Positions 9,355-19,303 of a stretch of 64,000 bases of DNA are shown in pieces. Position numbers and translations under genes: made by a program. The first letter of the stretch is position 1. Each line of letters opens with the position of its first letter. This DNA comes from a virus: the IMG/VR virus record IMGVR_UViG_3300010278_000003; one strand, written 5' to 3'. Below the pieces are notes generated by a model. The model had not been told where the DNA came from and searched no databases. It was given only the letters and a program-made list of their open reading frames with translations.

Positions 9355-9567
9355 ATGGTTACAAAGACATTATATACTTGTCAGTTCTGTAATACTGATT
9401 ATGCAGATAAAGTAAAAGCAATGGAATGTGAAAAGAATCACAAGGTTTTAGAAACAGCAACAATTATAGGTGACTATAAATCATTAAAATCTATCCCAGA
9501 TGGATGCCCTACGAAAGTAAAAGTGAAATTCAAGGGTTCAGATAAATGGATTGAGTATAAGAGATGA
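9355..9567 (+). CDS. small zinc-ribbon protein
   Basis: 70 aa with CQFC and CEKNH. AAAGGAGAT RBS. Confidence 0.45.
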   Translation: MVTKTLYTCQFCNTDYADKVKAMECEKNHKVLETATIIGDYKSLKSIPDGCPTKVKVKFKGSDKWIEYKR

Positions 9568-9764
9568 CAAGATAACTTCGTTTTTATGCGGTGTAACAGT
9601 GTGGCTTAAATAGTTATCTATCATATGAGCCTAACAGCAGCATCTTAAGGGTAGAACAGCCGTTAATAGATTGAATGAAGGGTGATTGAAATAAATAAGA
9701 AATAAAAGAAAGTTGTAAGTATATAACATTATAAAAAAGTAAATGAAAAAGGATAAAAAAGAAA

Positions 9765-10064
9765 ATGATTAATATTTCAGAAAGAAGCGAAGACTTAAAG
9801 TATATAGAGGACATGGAAAAATATTTGGAACAACATCCTGATAGGAATATTGCTCTTGAACAAATTATGAAAATTGAAATGGATTGTAGAGTAGGAAATT
9901 CTAAAGAGTTTGGAGTTCGTCATATAACAATTTCACAACCAATTGATGTAAAACTTAATAAGGATTTTGTTGATTTGTTAGAAAAAATGAATCGTGGTGA
10001 GAGTTGTATTGGTGATAATTTGGCGATTGAATTAGGTTCAGCAATTTGTGAAATTGGAGAATAA
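9765..10064 (+). CDS. hypothetical protein
   Basis: 99-aa ORF. Confidence 0.45.
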   Translation: MINISERSEDLKYIEDMEKYLEQHPDRNIALEQIMKIEMDCRVGNSKEFGVRHITISQPIDVKLNKDFVDLLEKMNRGESCIGDNLAIELGSAICEIGE

Positions 10065-10069
10065 AAGAT

Positions 10070-10330
10070 ATGGCGAAAATATCAAAGAAAACAATAGAAG
10101 AACTTGAGGACATTTTAAGCAGAGGTTGTGACTATGCCGATACGCAGACGGTTGTAACAGAATATGCAAACGAAGCACTGAAAGAAAGCGGCTGTGAGTT
10201 GTGTCAGTGTGATGACGCAATGGTTGTTGACTGGGACGACAAGCCAATTTGCACTGTTGAAGAATTTGCAAATATCTTCTGGGATAAAGCTGTAGAAGGA
10301 ATTATGAATGTATTAATAACACAGGAATGA
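10070..10330 (+). CDS. hypothetical protein
   Basis: 86-aa ORF. TTGGAGAATAAAAG RBS-like sequence upstream. Confidence 0.45.
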   Translation: MAKISKKTIEELEDILSRGCDYADTQTVVTEYANEALKESGCELCQCDDAMVVDWDDKPICTVEEFANIFWDKAVEGIMNVLITQE

Positions 10331-10419
10331 AAACTTCGTTTCCTTTGGATTATAAACGGAGAATATAACAGTAGAAACAATTAACAAAAAATAAATATAA
10401 GAAAGAAGAGGTACAAAAC

Positions 10420-12531
10420 ATGGATGGATTTATGATGTTTAAGAAGGCTTTACAGAAGCACTTCGATGAAATGCAAAAAGAGGCAACGCATTTATTTGAG
10501 GTAAATGTAGATAAGGATGAATTATGGAATACATATCTTGATAGCTTCCCTGCTGGTACAAATGAGATTTTCAGAGAGCGTAGAGAACATGATTGTAGTT
10601 GTTGTAGACAGTTTATTAAGAATATTGGTTCTGCTGTCACTATCAAGGATAATCAGATTCATACGATTTGGGAACTGAATCTTGGTGATACAACATATCA
10701 GCCAGTATGTGATGCACTTGATGCTTTTGTAAAAGCTCATACAGTTACAGATATTTATACAACTAAGTCCTCTAAGATTGGTACAGATTTTAACTTTGAG
10801 GAAATCAATGGAAAGTCTCATCAGTGGGATCATTTCTTCTTAGAGCTTCCAAGTAAGTTTGTAAATAGAAGTAGTCGTTCTAATGAGGAAGTTAAAGGAC
10901 AGTTCAGAGATACAAGAAACGTATTTAAGCGTTCTCTTGATGAAATTACTATGGATGCACTTGATACAATTCTTGAACTTATCAATTCAAATACACTTTA
11001 TAAGGGTGAAGAGTGGAAAGGCGTACTCACAGAGTTCAAGAAGTATAAGAAGGAATATGATAAGCTGACTGCTGATACTGAAAAGGATTTATATGCTTGG
11101 GAGAAGTCGATAACAGCAGGTATGGCTATTGGTAGAATTAGAAATCATTCTATTGGAACACTTCTTATCAATGTAAGTGAGGATATGGATCTTGACACAG
11201 CAGTTAAGAAGTATGAGCAGATTGTCGCTCCAAGTAATTATAAGCGTCCAAGGGCTATTTTTACAAAGAAGATGCTTGAGGATGCAAAGAAGACCATTAC
11301 AGAGCTTGGATATATGGATTCATTACAGAGAAGATTTGCTAATCTGAATGATATTACTGTAAATAATGTACTGTTCTCAAATAAGAGTGCTGCAAGAAGA
11401 ATGGTTGGTACAGATGATATTTTTGGGCAGATGGAAAAGGATGTTGCTGTAAGTCCTAAGAAGTTTTCTAAGGTTGAAGAGATTTCAGCACAGGATTTCA
11501 TTGATAAGGTACTTCCAACTGCAAAGGAGATTGAAGCTTTTGTAGAGAATAAACATGAGAAGAACTTTGTTTCTATGATTGCACCTGTTAATTCAGGTGC
11601 TAAGACAATGTTCAAATGGAACAATGGATTATCTTGGGCTTATTCAGGAAACATTACTGACTCTGAAATTACAGAAAAAGTAAAAGCTGCTGGTGGAAGA
11701 ACTGATGGTGCTTTAAGATTTTCACATAGTTGGAATTATGATGGAATGAGAAATGCTTCTCTTATGGATTTACATGTATTTATGCCTGGTTCAAATCAGA
11801 ATGTTGTTATCAAGAATGGAAAAGAAATTCATGATAATTATGGAAATAATGAAAGAGTTGGATGGAATCATAGAAAACATTATGCTTCTGGTGGAGTTCA
11901 GGATGTAGATTATACCGCTCCTGCTCCTATTGGATATGTTCCAGTTGAAAACACAACATTTCCTTCAATTGATAAATTGAAAGAGGGTGTATACACTTTT
12001 AAAATCCATAATTGGAGTTTTAGAAATCCGACAACAGGTGGCTTTAAAGCAGAAATTGCATTTGGCGGTAATGTTTATAGATTTGTAAGAAGAGAACCAT
12101 TACAGCACAAGGAATGGATTACTCTTGCAAAATTAGAATTAAAAAATGGCGAGTTTAGTATTCTTGAGATGGCAGAGAATGATAGTACACCTATTGAAAA
12201 GTGGAATATCAAAACGAATCAGTTTGTTCCTGTATCAGTAATCAGTTATAGCCCAAATTATTTTGATGAACAGGATGGAATTGGTCATAGACATTTATTC
12301 TTCTTCCTGAAGGATTGTGTGAACAACGAAAGTCCTAATGGCTATTACAATGAATTCTTAAAGAGTGACCTTGAAAAGCACAAGAGAGTATTTGAGGCTT
12401 TAGGTGCTAAGTGCCATGTAGAAGATACTGATGATCAGCTTTCAGGAATTGGATTCTCTATGACTAAGAGAGCAGATTTAGTTGTTAAGGTTAAGGGCGC
12501 AACAGAGCGTGTAATGAAGATTAAGTTTTAA
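10420..12531 (+). CDS. large hypothetical protein (703 aa), function unknown
   Basis: Long uninterrupted ORF with AAGAGGTAC RBS. Contains a CSCC cysteine cluster and Gly-rich segments. No family confidently recognised. Confidence 0.6.
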   Translation: MDGFMMFKKALQKHFDEMQKEATHLFEVNVDKDELWNTYLDSFPAGTNEIFRERREHDCSCCRQFIKNIGSAVTIKDNQIHTIWELNLGDTTYQPVCDALDAFVKAHTVTDIYTTKSSKIGTDFNFEEINGKSHQWDHFFLELPSKFVNRSSRSNEEVKGQFRDTRNVFKRSLDEITMDALDTILELINSNTLYKGEEWKGVLTEFKKYKKEYDKLTADTEKDLYAWEKSITAGMAIGRIRNHSIGTLLINVSEDMDLDTAVKKYEQIVAPSNYKRPRAIFTKKMLEDAKKTITELGYMDSLQRRFANLNDITVNNVLFSNKSAARRMVGTDDIFGQMEKDVAVSPKKFSKVEEISAQDFIDKVLPTAKEIEAFVENKHEKNFVSMIAPVNSGAKTMFKWNNGLSWAYSGNITDSEITEKVKAAGGRTDGALRFSHSWNYDGMRNASLMDLHVFMPGSNQNVVIKNGKEIHDNYGNNERVGWNHRKHYASGGVQDVDYTAPAPIGYVPVENTTFPSIDKLKEGVYTFKIHNWSFRNPTTGGFKAEIAFGGNVYRFVRREPLQHKEWITLAKLELKNGEFSILEMAENDSTPIEKWNIKTNQFVPVSVISYSPNYFDEQDGIGHRHLFFFLKDCVNNESPNGYYNEFLKSDLEKHKRVFEALGAKCHVEDTDDQLSGIGFSMTKRADLVVKVKGATERVMKIKF

Positions 12532-12553
12532 ATTAGAAAAGGAGATTATTATT

Positions 12554-12943
12554 ATGACAAACAACGAATTATTTATTAATGCAACGAGAAATAATTATCA
12601 ATTCCCATTCAGAGGAATGATTAACGTAATTGATTTGTGGGATTTATCTCTCACGAATCTGGACTCAGTATTTAAGACACTCAATGCAGAAGCAAAGAAG
12701 TCTGAGGAAGAAAGTCTTCTGAATACTAAGTCAAAGGAAGATGAAGAGATTTCTAATAAGATTGAAATTGTCAAGTATATTGTTAGTGTGAAGATAGATG
12801 AGAAGAAGAAGAGAGAAGACGCTAAGAAAAATGCTGAGATGAGACAGAGATTACTTGAAATCAAAGCTAAGAGACATGATGCAGCACTTGAGAACATGTC
12901 TGATGAGGATCTGGACAAGGCACTTGCAGAATTAAGTGAGTAA
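12554..12943 (+). CDS. hypothetical charged/coiled-coil protein
   Basis: 129-aa, Lys/Glu-rich ORF. AAAAGGAGATTATT RBS. Confidence 0.5.
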   Translation: MTNNELFINATRNNYQFPFRGMINVIDLWDLSLTNLDSVFKTLNAEAKKSEEESLLNTKSKEDEEISNKIEIVKYIVSVKIDEKKKREDAKKNAEMRQRLLEIKAKRHDAALENMSDEDLDKALAELSE

Positions 12944-12954
12944 TTGTTACAAAT

Positions 12955-13002
12955 ATACCATATATAGTATTAAAAATAAGTGATATATACTATATATGGT
13001 AT
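12955..13002. repeat. Long perfect inverted repeat (hairpin/terminator), copy 1
   Basis: Arms ATACCATATATAGTAT / ATACTATATATGGTAT, extendable to about 19 bp, with a 16-nt loop containing AAGTGATAT, followed by a T-rich run. Copy 2 is at 46612..46660. Confidence 0.6.
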
Positions 13003-13060
13003 ATATTTTATATTCGCAGTAAATGCACAATTCTTGCGAAATTTTGGAGGTGAAATCTTT

Positions 13061-13294
13061 TTGAATGTTGTTGGAAATAAAGAAAATGTCAATCAAATAA
13101 GATTAACGCATAAGGGTTTGAACGTCAGATTTAATTGTTTTATGAACCCATTGCCTTATGATTATAATATTGATATATCTAAACCTGAAACAACTGAGAT
13201 AATATTTAAAGATTCTTATAAAATAGAAGCTTTAATAGATGTATTAGAAAAATTCAAAAAAGAGTGTTTTGGGCTTATTGGAAAATGGAGATAA
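13061..13294 (+). CDS. hypothetical protein
   Basis: ORF 12980..13294 in the track overlaps the hairpin. In-frame TTG 13061 lies 8 nt after a GGAGGTGA RBS. Confidence 0.4.
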   Translation: MNVVGNKENVNQIRLTHKGLNVRFNCFMNPLPYDYNIDISKPETTEIIFKDSYKIEALIDVLEKFKKECFGLIGKWR

Positions 13295-13318
13295 TATGAT
13301 TACGAATGGAGAGTGACT

Positions 13319-13570
13319 ATGTATAATACAGGAGATATTTACAGAATTATTCAAGATGCATTAGACGCAAATCAGATATATTGTACAGACTCTAAACTTG
13401 GTGATGGTTCAGAAGATACTTATGAAACAGATACGGAATTTGTTTTTGGTAATGATATTCATTTGATTGCAACTGTCCGTCATCAGCATTTTGATTATAA
13501 TCGTCCTTATCAAGAAAACGAACATATAGAAACAACAAAATTTAGAATTAAAGTTGAAATGATAGAGTAA
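13319..13570 (+). CDS. hypothetical protein
   Basis: ATG 13319 (ORF 13313) after GGAGAGTG. Confidence 0.45.
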   Translation: MYNTGDIYRIIQDALDANQIYCTDSKLGDGSEDTYETDTEFVFGNDIHLIATVRHQHFDYNRPYQENEHIETTKFRIKVEMIE

Positions 13571-13616
13571 GGTGAGAGAGTGAAAAACAATAATTCTTAT
13601 AGTGTAGTGGAAATTA

Positions 13617-13928
13617 TTACTTTAATTTTACAATTTGTAATATTATTGAAAGTAATTCGTCCTTGAATACACCAATTGAAGTGACAACTATTCCTATCAT
13701 TGTAATAATTTTTACCCAGTCAGTTGTTGGATAAACGAAATCAAGACCAGCTTTTTCAATTAAGATATTTCCGGTTGTTTGCAATTTAAAACGACCGGAG
13801 CCTGTCTTTTCAATTTTCACATTGCTTATATATTTTTGGTTATAACATTCTAAAAGAACATGGAGTTCGTATTGAGAAAGATTAGATAAATCTTCTTTAT
13901 TTTCAATTTTCTTTATTATTTTTCTCAT
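13617..13928 (-). CDS. small C-terminally membrane-anchored protein (minus-strand island)
   Basis: 103-aa ORF. C-terminal hydrophobic segment WVKIITMIGIVVTSIGVF. One of only three minus-strand genes in the window. Confidence 0.45.
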   Translation of the reverse strand: MRKIIKKIENKEDLSNLSQYELHVLLECYNQKYISNVKIEKTGSGRFKLQTTGNILIEKAGLDFVYPTTDWVKIITMIGIVVTSIGVFKDELLSIILQIVKLK

Positions 13929-14038
13929 ATCTTCTTCTAATTTTTTTGTTCGGATTCATATTATAATCACCTCGTAATTATATTATCATATTGGAATATT
14001 TTTCACAACAATTATCAATTAAGGAAGGGAAGACGTAA

Positions 14039-14647
14039 ATGTATGAAATAAATAATAAATTTGATATTGGTGAAGAATGTTACACCATGCGTTCACAACC
14101 TGTACATCATCAATGCCCTATTTGTGAGGGGAAGGGTAAGTTTAATCATAATGGTTATGAAATCAAATGTAATCAATGCAACGGAACAGGTAAAGTACAC
14201 AATGCAAAGCATTATATAATAGTTCCTTGCAAAGTAAAAGTGACAAGAATAATAGGAACTGTTTATTCAGATCATCAAACTGTAAAGTATAAACTTAAAT
14301 CAGATATTAACATAAAACAGCTTAATAGAACTGAAGATTGTGTGTTTAAGTCGGAAAAAGAAGCTATAGATTATTGTATTTTGGTAAATAACGCAAAAGG
14401 TAAAAAAGACGTAAGTAATAAAGAACTGTTTATTAAAGAATTGGAAGGCAAATTTCCAGAAGTCAAATTCTATCTTAAAGTTGAATACAATCATGTTGGA
14501 CTGTTTTATAATGATAAAAATTTACAATTTAATGAAGAGTTCCAAACTTGCATTCAGAAATTAGCAAAAGAATATTTGACTGAAATGGAGTTTGAGGGAT
14601 TTTACTGTACTTATGATTATTTCCAGGAGGTGAAAAATAAAAATTGA
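14039..14647 (+). CDS. zinc-finger protein (CxxCxGxG repeats)
   Basis: CPICEGKGKF and CNQCNGTGKV motifs. AAGGAAGGGAAG RBS. Confidence 0.5.
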   Translation: MYEINNKFDIGEECYTMRSQPVHHQCPICEGKGKFNHNGYEIKCNQCNGTGKVHNAKHYIIVPCKVKVTRIIGTVYSDHQTVKYKLKSDINIKQLNRTEDCVFKSEKEAIDYCILVNNAKGKKDVSNKELFIKELEGKFPEVKFYLKVEYNHVGLFYNDKNLQFNEEFQTCIQKLAKEYLTEMEFEGFYCTYDYFQEVKNKN

Positions 14648-15765
14648 AAATATACAAAGAAAAACAGTATCTCGTTTTTGAAAGAGATGATGGAAAAGTT
14701 GCGAAGTACGATTTTGCCACAAAACAAGCGATTGGATTTTCGGGTAAGCCTGTAAATGGGCTACAAAATCAGTTGCGAAATTTGAGTATGAACGAAGTAA
14801 TTGAGTGTTGTACGGACAAACAGTATGCCAAATTTTTGGATTTTGTAAGAAAATCAGAGCCTTATGAAATATTCAATATCGGTACTATTCTTACTAAAAT
14901 ACCTAAATATTCACATTTTGAACAACTGTTTTCAGCAGGAATAGAGGATATTATTTGTGGCAAAAATTTCAAATATTCAATTAATGATATTCCTAAATCA
15001 CTTATTAAATTGTGTAAGAGATATAAGGTAAAACTCTCTAATGATATAGTTCAATTTTATAAAGAAAACCCAAATGCTTATCAAATAGCATATAATCTCG
15101 ATTATATTTCATTAACACCCGAAAATATTTATAAAGTTTGGAGTGTATATGGTTGGACTTTTGAAGTAAACAAAAATATAGTATATTCATATTTCAATAA
15201 ACTTATTAATGATTTTGGTTATAGTGCAAAAGATTTGTGGTTATATTTGGATAGAATTAAAACATTTGAGGCAATAGAGGATATGAACTTTCTGATTCGT
15301 GAACTATATGATTATGCAAATATGATGAATCAACTTAGTCCTAAATTTGATAAATATCCACGACATTTTCTTACAACTCATAAAATTGCTTGTAGGAATT
15401 ACAATCGAATGAAGAAAGAGTTCCCAGAAGAATTATTTAAAAAGAGAATAAATAAGCAGTACGAATGCTCTTTTGGTGATTACATATTCATTTATCCAGA
15501 ATCTACACAAGATATAAAGGACGAGGCAACCATGCAAAATAACTGCGTTGCTTCTTACATAGATAAGGTTATTGATGGCGAGTGTCACATTCTTTTCTTG
15601 AGAAAGAAGAATAAACCAGATGAGAGTTTGGTAACGATTGAAGTAAGAAATAATCATATTGTACAAGCTAGACGAAGATTTAACGATGACGTAACAGCAG
15701 AGGATCAGAAAGCTATTGATGCATTTAATAAAAAGTTTGCGAATAAGGAGGATAAAGCAGCATGA
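14644..15765 (+). CDS. PcfJ-like protein (tentative)
   Basis: 373 aa. C-terminal segment CVASYIDKVIDGECHILFLRK...VTIEVRNNHIVQARRRFN is recalled as typical of the PcfJ domain. TTG start 11 nt after AGGAGGTG. Confidence 0.4.
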   Translation: MKIYKEKQYLVFERDDGKVAKYDFATKQAIGFSGKPVNGLQNQLRNLSMNEVIECCTDKQYAKFLDFVRKSEPYEIFNIGTILTKIPKYSHFEQLFSAGIEDIICGKNFKYSINDIPKSLIKLCKRYKVKLSNDIVQFYKENPNAYQIAYNLDYISLTPENIYKVWSVYGWTFEVNKNIVYSYFNKLINDFGYSAKDLWLYLDRIKTFEAIEDMNFLIRELYDYANMMNQLSPKFDKYPRHFLTTHKIACRNYNRMKKEFPEELFKKRINKQYECSFGDYIFIYPESTQDIKDEATMQNNCVASYIDKVIDGECHILFLRKKNKPDESLVTIEVRNNHIVQARRRFNDDVTAEDQKAIDAFNKKFANKEDKAA

Positions 15766-16208
15766 TTAAAGGAGATCTTATAAAATTAGCAAAACCAATG
15801 GGAGTATTTAGAAATGTAGGTGAGATTTGTGAAGTAACAGATATTCAGGAAGGTGGAGTAGTCTGTTTTAGATTTGGTGGTTGTAATCTCGGATGTATGT
15901 CATATGACGAATATGAGAAGTATTTTGTACCAGTAGAGCCTAAAAACATTAAAGTAAAAAGAGAATGGACAGAATGGACATGGGGAGATGTTGATATACA
16001 GGATTTACATGGGTTAAAAGTTAAACTTACATACAAATATAGAAACAATGGAAAGAAAGTACAGTGTAGGTTTGGACATATTAAATCAGAAGCTTGTTGT
16101 TGTGACAAAGACAGTTTTGACTTTCACAAAGGTCTTGCTCTTGCAGAAAAGCGTCTTATCATTAAATACCTTCAGACACAGTTAAATGATATTGTTTCAA
16201 GAATGTGA
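15762..16208 (+). CDS. hypothetical Cys-rich protein
   Basis: 148-aa ORF. AAGGAGGATAAAGC RBS. ATG overlaps the upstream stop. Confidence 0.5.
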   Translation: MIKGDLIKLAKPMGVFRNVGEICEVTDIQEGGVVCFRFGGCNLGCMSYDEYEKYFVPVEPKNIKVKREWTEWTWGDVDIQDLHGLKVKLTYKYRNNGKKVQCRFGHIKSEACCCDKDSFDFHKGLALAEKRLIIKYLQTQLNDIVSRM

Positions 16209-16217
16209 GAATGCAAT

Positions 16218-16541
16218 ATGATGAATTTTGGTATAGATGATATGATTAACAATACAGTTTTTGGCATTCCGAAAGAAAATTTACGAGATGAAACAGATAA
16301 GTTAAAAAAGAAAAATAATAATGTAAACAAAACAGAAAACGATAGTTCACAAGTTTATATAGAAAATTTTCCTATGCCAGATAATTGTTTCGTTTGTCCA
16401 TTTCTTATTAAGAGTGCAAATTATCCAAGATGTATGTTGGATAAACTAATTGGTAGAGACAGACATGGTAAGTGGGAAGATATAAGAGAAAAACGTATGG
16501 ATTGGTGTATGTTAAAAACGGCTAAGGAGGAAAACAGATGA
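16218..16541 (+). CDS. hypothetical protein
   Basis: 107-aa ORF. Confidence 0.45.
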   Translation: MMNFGIDDMINNTVFGIPKENLRDETDKLKKKNNNVNKTENDSSQVYIENFPMPDNCFVCPFLIKSANYPRCMLDKLIGRDRHGKWEDIREKRMDWCMLKTAKEENR

Positions 16542-16864
16542 AAAGATTAACAAATGATGGTGGCTGTGGTATAGGAGCAATGGGATATACTCTTTTATCT
16601 AAAGTCAACGAAATAGTTGATTGGATTAACAAGCACGAAGATGAAAGCAAAAAAGATAATACAAAACAGAATGTTAATAGATCTAAAGTGTTATATGCTT
16701 TAGAAGATATAAAAACAGGAGAAATTATTTTTAATGCTCGTGGTGGAGCTTATCAGGATTACGAATCTGTTATTGAGAAATGGTGTAAACTTGGTACAAA
16801 TGATTATAAGATAGTTAAATATAATCTTGAAGATAAAAAAACGAAGGAACACTTATGGGACTGA
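16538..16864 (+). CDS. hypothetical protein
   Basis: 108-aa ORF. AAGGAGGAAAAC RBS. Overlapping ATGA junction with the upstream gene. Confidence 0.5.
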   Translation: MKRLTNDGGCGIGAMGYTLLSKVNEIVDWINKHEDESKKDNTKQNVNRSKVLYALEDIKTGEIIFNARGGAYQDYESVIEKWCKLGTNDYKIVKYNLEDKKTKEHLWD

Positions 16865-16881
16865 GGTGACTTTGGATTTTA

Positions 16882-17157
16882 ATGAACATTTTCACAGACA
16901 GAGAGTATAAGCTATTAAAAGCAGCTTTAGATAAAGAAGAAAGATTGTATGATGGTATTGGCAACTATGAATTAGTGCAAACTATCAAAGACACGAAAAA
17001 GAAACTTGAAAAAATGCAGTGTAACATTCAAGTTTCGGAGAATAATACAAACAAATATCGAAGAATTAACGATGGTTGGTTTTCGTATTTTATTAATATT
17101 AAAACAGGAGAACAGAAATTTACATTGGATGCAGGTGATGTGGAGGTGATTATTTGA
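16882..17157 (+). CDS. hypothetical protein
   Basis: 91-aa ORF. Confidence 0.45.
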   Translation: MNIFTDREYKLLKAALDKEERLYDGIGNYELVQTIKDTKKKLEKMQCNIQVSENNTNKYRRINDGWFSYFINIKTGEQKFTLDAGDVEVII

Positions 17158-17327
17158 GTAGTATTTCAGCGGATGCGTTAAGAAGTTTACTTGATGAAAT
17201 TCCTGATGATTATCGTGTAGTTATGAAGATAACAACAAAATCAGATATCAAAGCAGGGACAAGCCTTGCTTACATAAACGGATTCGAGAGAGATGACGAA
17301 TTCCGAGAAATCAGATTAATGAATTAA
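17154..17327 (+). CDS. small hypothetical protein (57 aa)
   Basis: Not in the track. TTG start 4 nt after GGAGGTGA, overlapping the upstream stop. Confidence 0.3.
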   Translation: MSSISADALRSLLDEIPDDYRVVMKITTKSDIKAGTSLAYINGFERDDEFREIRLMN

Positions 17328-17480
17328 TCACATATACATATTTATAACCGTTTTTGTTTTATTCACTTATAAAGCATTTTATACAATTTCCATTTAAAAG
17401 GCTGATCAGCTAAATTTTCCAAATAAAAGTAACAAGAAACATAGATTTCCTTTGGAGAATACATTAGCAGGAGGTGTAAA

Positions 17481-17726
17481 ATGTACAGCCCATGTATGGA
17501 ATGTAAATTAAGATACAATAGAGAATATTCGGCAAAATGTGATAATAAGTGCGATTATGCCAATATATCTCTAAGGTTAAAATCCGCTAACAATAAACTT
17601 GAAGATTACTATAATCAACAGAACAATAATGACTATTTTAGTGATAATGGAAAGAGATTGATTTGTAGAGTAATTGAAAATTGTCAGAAGATTATAAATG
17701 ATACGTTTGAATCAGAAGGAGAATAA
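17481..17726 (+). CDS. hypothetical Cys-containing protein
   Basis: 81-aa ORF. AGGAGGTG RBS. Confidence 0.5.
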   Translation: MYSPCMECKLRYNREYSAKCDNKCDYANISLRLKSANNKLEDYYNQQNNNDYFSDNGKRLICRVIENCQKIINDTFESEGE

Positions 17727-17788
17727 TATGGTAGGATTTGTATCAAAGCAGTCAAACGGATTATGAAGGGTAATTGAGGAGACGTTAT

Positions 17789-18199
17789 ATGACAGAAGTT
17801 TTAAATTTTTTTGGAACATTTATTTTACTGTTGATATTAGCACTAATAGCAACATTTATAGCAATTATATTGCCAAATATTATTGGAAATTATATTGATG
17901 GTAAAAGAGAAGAAAAAGAAAAGAAAGATGGAATCGAAGGAAGATATGTGACAATTGGGTATGGTTTTTATATCTATACTGTGTATAAGAATGAAAAATA
18001 TTATTTAAATAAGGATGGAAATTTTTATACCTCTAGGATAAATATAAAAGAATATTTGTTTAACAACAAACAGGATGTGGAAAAATATATAGATTTACAT
18101 GAAAAAGAACTTAATGAAAAATACTCAAATATTAAGATTCAAAGATGTAAACAAAGTATGTATATTGGAAAATGCAAAAAAATAGAGTTAGGAGATTAA
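17789..18199 (+). CDS. membrane protein (N-terminal TM helix)
   Basis: ATG 17789 (ORF 17774) after GAGGAG. TM segment LNFFGTFILLLILALIATFIAIILPNIIG. Confidence 0.5.
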   Translation: MTEVLNFFGTFILLLILALIATFIAIILPNIIGNYIDGKREEKEKKDGIEGRYVTIGYGFYIYTVYKNEKYYLNKDGNFYTSRINIKEYLFNNKQDVEKYIDLHEKELNEKYSNIKIQRCKQSMYIGKCKKIELGD

Positions 18200-18204
18200 A
18201 ACAT

Positions 18205-18486
18205 ATGAAGAAGAAAGTTTTAGCAGTTGTATTAGGATTGACATTATGTTTTGGAATGACTGGATGTGCGTCATGGGACAGAACGGTAACAGATATAAAG
18301 AGTGATATAAATGGCGGTATGCAGAGAACAATTACTGTATATACAGCAGATGGTAAAGAACTTGCAACATATGAAGGAAAAATTGATATTGATACAAACG
18401 AAGGTGGATATGTTAAGTTTGATTTCAACGGCAAGAGATATATCTATTACAATTGCTTTGTAGAAAGTATTGCAGACATTGATTAA
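18205..18486 (+). CDS. putative lipoprotein
   Basis: ATG 18205 (ORF 18172). Signal peptide MKKKVLAVVLGLTLCFGMTGC with a lipobox Cys. Confidence 0.55.
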   Translation: MKKKVLAVVLGLTLCFGMTGCASWDRTVTDIKSDINGGMQRTITVYTADGKELATYEGKIDIDTNEGGYVKFDFNGKRYIYYNCFVESIADID

Positions 18487-18789
18487 GATTATTCATTATT
18501 GTAGGGCTGTTCAATTCAGATTGACAACGGCATAGATGTGGATACTAGTTGGTGATTTATGTGTCAGTGGGGCTGTACTAGGTTCGAACCCTTTATATGG
18601 TGTAAGTGGGCATAACATAATGAATTAAGTTGAAAATTTTGATAATTGAAAATAAAAGGTAATCCTAAAAGTCATTGACAATATGATAGAGGTTGTGATT
18701 CTTAGCCATCTGACTTAAAGATAAGGCAGTAAACGGCTTCATAAAAGCCGAAGAATCCGAAGTTTCTTTGGAAATTAGGAGGTATAAAA

Positions 18790-19242
18790 GTGGAAATAAA
18801 TATCAATATTGAAGACTATTTATCTCAGGAAGAGATGAAAGAAATAGCAAAAGAGCAGTTTTCGTTAGCTGTTAAAGAACTATTTAGAAAACCAAGCGAC
18901 ATTGAACGAGTTATGACCAATTTATCATATGAGTATTTATTCAAAGCAGTGTCAGAAGCAATTGGCAAAGATTCACTTGAGTTTATTAAAGATAAAGTTG
19001 TAAGTCTTTTACAGGATGATTCTCATATCAGCTATCTTATGTGGCGTAGAAAAGATGCGTGGGAGAATGATGAGTCGCCAGCCATTACAGCCATGAATAA
19101 GGCGATTAAAGATAATGAAGAATTTATTAAAAGTAGAGTATATAACTTTATTTCTAATTATGATTTTAATGATGTCAAAGATGAAATTTATGAAGTTTTA
19201 TGTGATTCATTGCAGAAACAGTTATTTGGAAATAGAGAATAA
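18790..19242 (+). CDS. hypothetical protein
   Basis: GTG start 7 nt after GGAGGT. 150 aa. Confidence 0.5.
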   Translation: MEININIEDYLSQEEMKEIAKEQFSLAVKELFRKPSDIERVMTNLSYEYLFKAVSEAIGKDSLEFIKDKVVSLLQDDSHISYLMWRRKDAWENDESPAITAMNKAIKDNEEFIKSRVYNFISNYDFNDVKDEIYEVLCDSLQKQLFGNRE

Positions 19243-19303
19243 TACATTGAAAGGAGCAAGAGATTTGCTGCAGCATTAAATCTGGATTTGCTCTGAGTAA
19301 GAA

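Noticed and set aside
14039-14647. HNH homing endonuclease call for the CxxC/HN-containing protein
   Set aside because: It contains only DnaJ-type CxxCxGxG knuckles. No H-N-H spacing with a ββα-metal core is recognisable.
18540-18600. tRNA-like GGTTCGAACCC T-loop-like sequence
   Set aside because: No complementary T-stem or acceptor stem can be drawn, so it is not a tRNA.
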